The translations under genes and the position numbers were made by a program. The notes under the pieces are model-generated. The model worked only from the letters and a program-made list of their open reading frames with translations, had not been told where the DNA came from and searched no databases. Shown here piece after piece: positions 60,851-64,000 of a stretch of 64,000 nucleotides of DNA. Each line of letters starts with the position of its first letter. The stretch's first letter is position 1. Origin of the DNA: Macrostomum hystrix (Eukaryota; Animalia; Platyhelminthes); the NCBI GenBank assembly GCA_950097015.1, contig CATNEN010000030.1, positions 3,596,001 to 3,660,000 on the forward strand, written 5' to 3'.

Positions 60851-62821
60851 ACCATTTACCCCAAAAAAGCCTAACTGATTCATCCAACTTATAAGTTAAT
60901 ATATAATTGTTAGTTATATCTATATGATAAATTAGTTAAATTAAAAAAGCTTTCTTTAAATCAAATGAATTTGACTATTTATTAGAAAAGATTAAATTTG
61001 ATATTTAGATACTAGATTCTAAATTCTATTGTGATAAAACTATAGCAAAATGTGCATTTCAATTTTGTAATAAGAGAGCTTGTGTTGCATGCACAGCAGT
61101 TGTTCACACAGTGTTTTAAGTACATGCACAACAATTATAGATGTAATATAAATAACTATTATTAATGTTAAAATATTATTTTAATTTGATATCTATGTGA
61201 TTAGTTTTATCCATCAAGGTCCATCAAATGCACAAGGACCCACTTGAAAAAAAGTATCAAATAATGAGCATCTGATGTAGTCCAAACTAGGCCTAGGCCT
61301 AGTTATAGACTGATATGGTTTTGGGCCAAAATGGTTAGGCCCCTATGGCTAAAATCGCTTGTGGCTGAAACAACTAGAATTCACTTTAAGTTTTGAGTCT
61401 GACATACTAACAACAAGGCTACAACCTTTCTGTTACTCTTCTAGCCAAAAAACTGCTCTAGCCCAGAAAGGAGGAGGGCTGCAATACAACAGACATTATA
61501 GGCCTACAGCATAGAGCTGTGTGACGTTGTCTCTCTAATTTAATGTAATTTTAATATGCTAGTTAGAATTATGTACATTAGGCCTATTTTCGTTAGATAT
61601 AATTGTTAGAGATATTTCTTTGGTTTTACATTAATATTTATAATGAATTTGTTTTAGTAGGCCCTATACTATATAGTCGTATTCAAATGTTCTAATTAGG
61701 CCTTTCCAGGAAGACTCTCTCTTCCCCCGTGCCTGGTTCTGGTTCTACGACTGAGTGCTGGCTATTATTTAAGTGTGGCTAATTTCAACTGTAGCCGTAG
61801 GCCCTAACTGCTTTCAAGTGGATCTTGATTCATCTAACATATCTATAAGTCATATAGCCAGCATTCACCGTTAAGCGATCTCGTTATTTGAAGACCCAAT
61901 TTACTGCCGAATAATAATTTACCTTACTGCTATTCAAATAGACCGAACCGCTACGCCTATACATTGGGACCGAAACTTCGTCATAGCTGAGTATATTATA
62001 ATCCATCACGGCCAATCGTGAAGGCACTGTAAATGAGCTCACAGGTTTGAGATGAGCCGATTGGCTAGTTGACAAAAGTGACTAAATACAGGAATGAGTC
62101 CAGTTGACGACCACTTGACGAAATGTGACCAGCAGTGCCAGCACCCGTTTATCTATTTGTGGTAACTTAATTTGGAGCAGCTAGCTACTCAATATTTTGA
62201 AGAAAGAATACACAATTAAGGATTGAGTCCAATAGGATGGACTTGTTACGTTTGCAAAGCAAAGGCTTTTGTCTTTTGATCCAGGAAGAGTGTGCATGCA
62301 AACCGTGGGTCCGTGGCGAAATCTGTGAACAGCGCACTCGAAAAGCGCGTCCGTCTTTAAAATTGCTCGGATAAAATAATTCATAAATTGCACTGAGTTA
62401 ATTTCCAAGTTTTGTACAGTAAAACAAATGCTTAAACAGTTGTGAAATAAATGTACCTCTACATCTGCCTAATTAACATTATTTACGAGCGTTTTGCAAA
62501 TAATATTTAGAAAATAACGCAGCGTGCTTAGAAATGACAATCCCTTATTAAAGATGTTTTCTAAACTTTTTATGAAAATTGCATTCTGAAAAAGCGTTAA
62601 GGACTAGGACTTGAATTAATTCATTAGATTAGATTTTTTACTTCATTGACCAGTTCAAAAACATGAAACTCAAATACAAATACATTTTAATTAAAAATTG
62701 GCGATATAGATCAAAAAATGTTTTTATAAACCTCACCCACCGCATTGTGTTTATTATAAAAATATGATTAGAACAAGCATAAAGCGAATACTGAAGTAAT
62801 TCAGCTATGTATAAAATTGAA

Positions 62822-63070
62822 GGAAGTGGCTATTCGTACGGCAGTCCGGAAATATAATCCAATAATTCACCATGAGTATAAGCTTGCCGCGGGTTGGCGA
62901 ACACGTATAATTTTATCATCTAACCGTGCAGAAATTATCAAACAGTTTTTATTCATAAGAAAAATCTACAAGCATCGCAGTTAACATTTTAGATTTGTTA
63001 TAACTCGTTTAATCATTTCTTGGAAATGCACTACAAGATAGGAGATTTTGCCGTACGAATAGCCACTACC
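62822..63070. mobile_element. 249-bp MITE with GG termini and a 9-bp TSD (Mutator- or Merlin-like)
   Basis: The TIR GG(A/T)AGTGGCTATTCGTACGGCA is 22 bp with 1 mismatch. The perfect direct repeat AAAATTGAA lies at 62813-62821 and 63071-63079. Confidence 0.88.
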
Positions 63071-63573
63071 AAAATTGAAAGCGACAGAAATGTGTCACAA
63101 ATATTTTTGTAGATATTGTTTTTACCAGAGTCAAATTGACGTAGCTTCTAAGTATACAAATATCGTATAAATGGACTGTTTTACAAAAGTTATACATTAT
63201 AAAAAATATTTGAATTTTTTTTAAATTAGTTTTAACTATCGGAATGATTATTCTTAGTTTATTGACAAGAGCGTACAAAATAAACCTGGAAACGGAATTT
63301 TGTCTTCTAACCAGCTTTTGCTCGCTGTCGCAGTTAAAATGTAAAGTATAGTGCTCCTCTGAGAATTGCCAGTCACAAACCAACTCATTCCGTTCTTCTT
63401 TCTAGCGACATCTAAGTCCTCATTTCCTTCGTCTATTCCAGTCATGAGTGGTCGTACAAGTAGTTGATTTGATTTTCTCCCACATCTATCTAATAGTTGG
63501 GCACAAGTAGTCGACAGCATCCTTGCGCATGTACATAGTATACGAGTGTACATGCAGAACACATGCAGAGTTG

Positions 63574-64000
63574 CTATACTGGTTTGAATGCTGCTCGGTC
63601 AGTTGGGTATTGGCAGTTGAGTTTGAGTGCAACGCCGAGTTCTGCCAATTGAAACTGCCTGTCCGTCAAGGGATTTTGGCCGGCCAGGGATGAGCCGCCA
63701 TATAGCGTTTGGGGCAGGGTATTGTGGGACGATTTGTTGTGCATTATCCCAGCTGAGTCACTCGAGAGGACCTGCCAAGCGGCTGCCTCCAAGCTGTAAC
63801 TCGATTCAGCGGGCGGATCAGCTGTACATCTGGACTGCGGCTATCGTGGCTTCCCTGAGGCTGCTGCTTGGCCTGGTCGTTGCAGAGCTGGTCATTGTGA
63901 CGGCTCTGCTCACCTTTTTTCTGACCAGAAATCCGTTGCTCAACAGTCAGCGAGGACGAAGCGGGCAAAGGCAGCTGCCACCGGACGGTGCTGGTGCCCA
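63574..64000 (-). CDS. Probable 3' end of an unidentified gene entering from the right edge
   Basis: A GC-rich segment with an open minus-strand frame from the edge. Either it reads through to the stop at 63744, or it is spliced 63914|GTGAG...AG|63821 into the frame ending at 63574. No family recognised. Confidence 0.35.

Overview
This is eukaryotic (animal) genomic DNA with GC-rich exons, AT-rich introns and spliceosomal GT-AG introns. The style is reminiscent of a repeat-rich free-living flatworm such as Macrostomum, but that is an inference I cannot verify here. About 45% of the window is tandem repeat. All gene models below were built by hand with splice-phase checking. (1) The 3' part of a whirlin/PDZD7-like scaffold gene, with a harmonin-homology domain and a C-terminal PDZ (+, 1-7319). 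(2) A small two-exon orphan gene (-, 9609-10085). (3) UBE2V/Uev1/Mms2 (+, 13375-16229). (4) An 11-exon DEG/ENaC channel of about 1036 aa whose extracellular finger region carries a roughly 350-aa kringle-like / WSC / kringle insertion bounded by phase-1 introns (+, 36742-45192). This is the most unusual object in the window. (5) ABCF2 (-, 52834-59953). (6) A probable gene end at the right edge. Repeats include a 15-kb, 31-bp satellite with higher-order periods (5332, 2573 and 1240 bp) and no net indels, arrays with 9-, 17-, 18-, 20-, 31-, 34/35/37-, 40/41- and 54-bp units, a solo LTR with a 5-bp TSD, a THAP-bearing internally deleted DNA transposon with 116-bp TIRs, three MITEs, a LINE 3' fragment and several copies of a tRNA-headed SINE, one set nested SINE-in-MITE-in-SINE. 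No CRISPR array, rRNA gene or true tRNA gene is supported.
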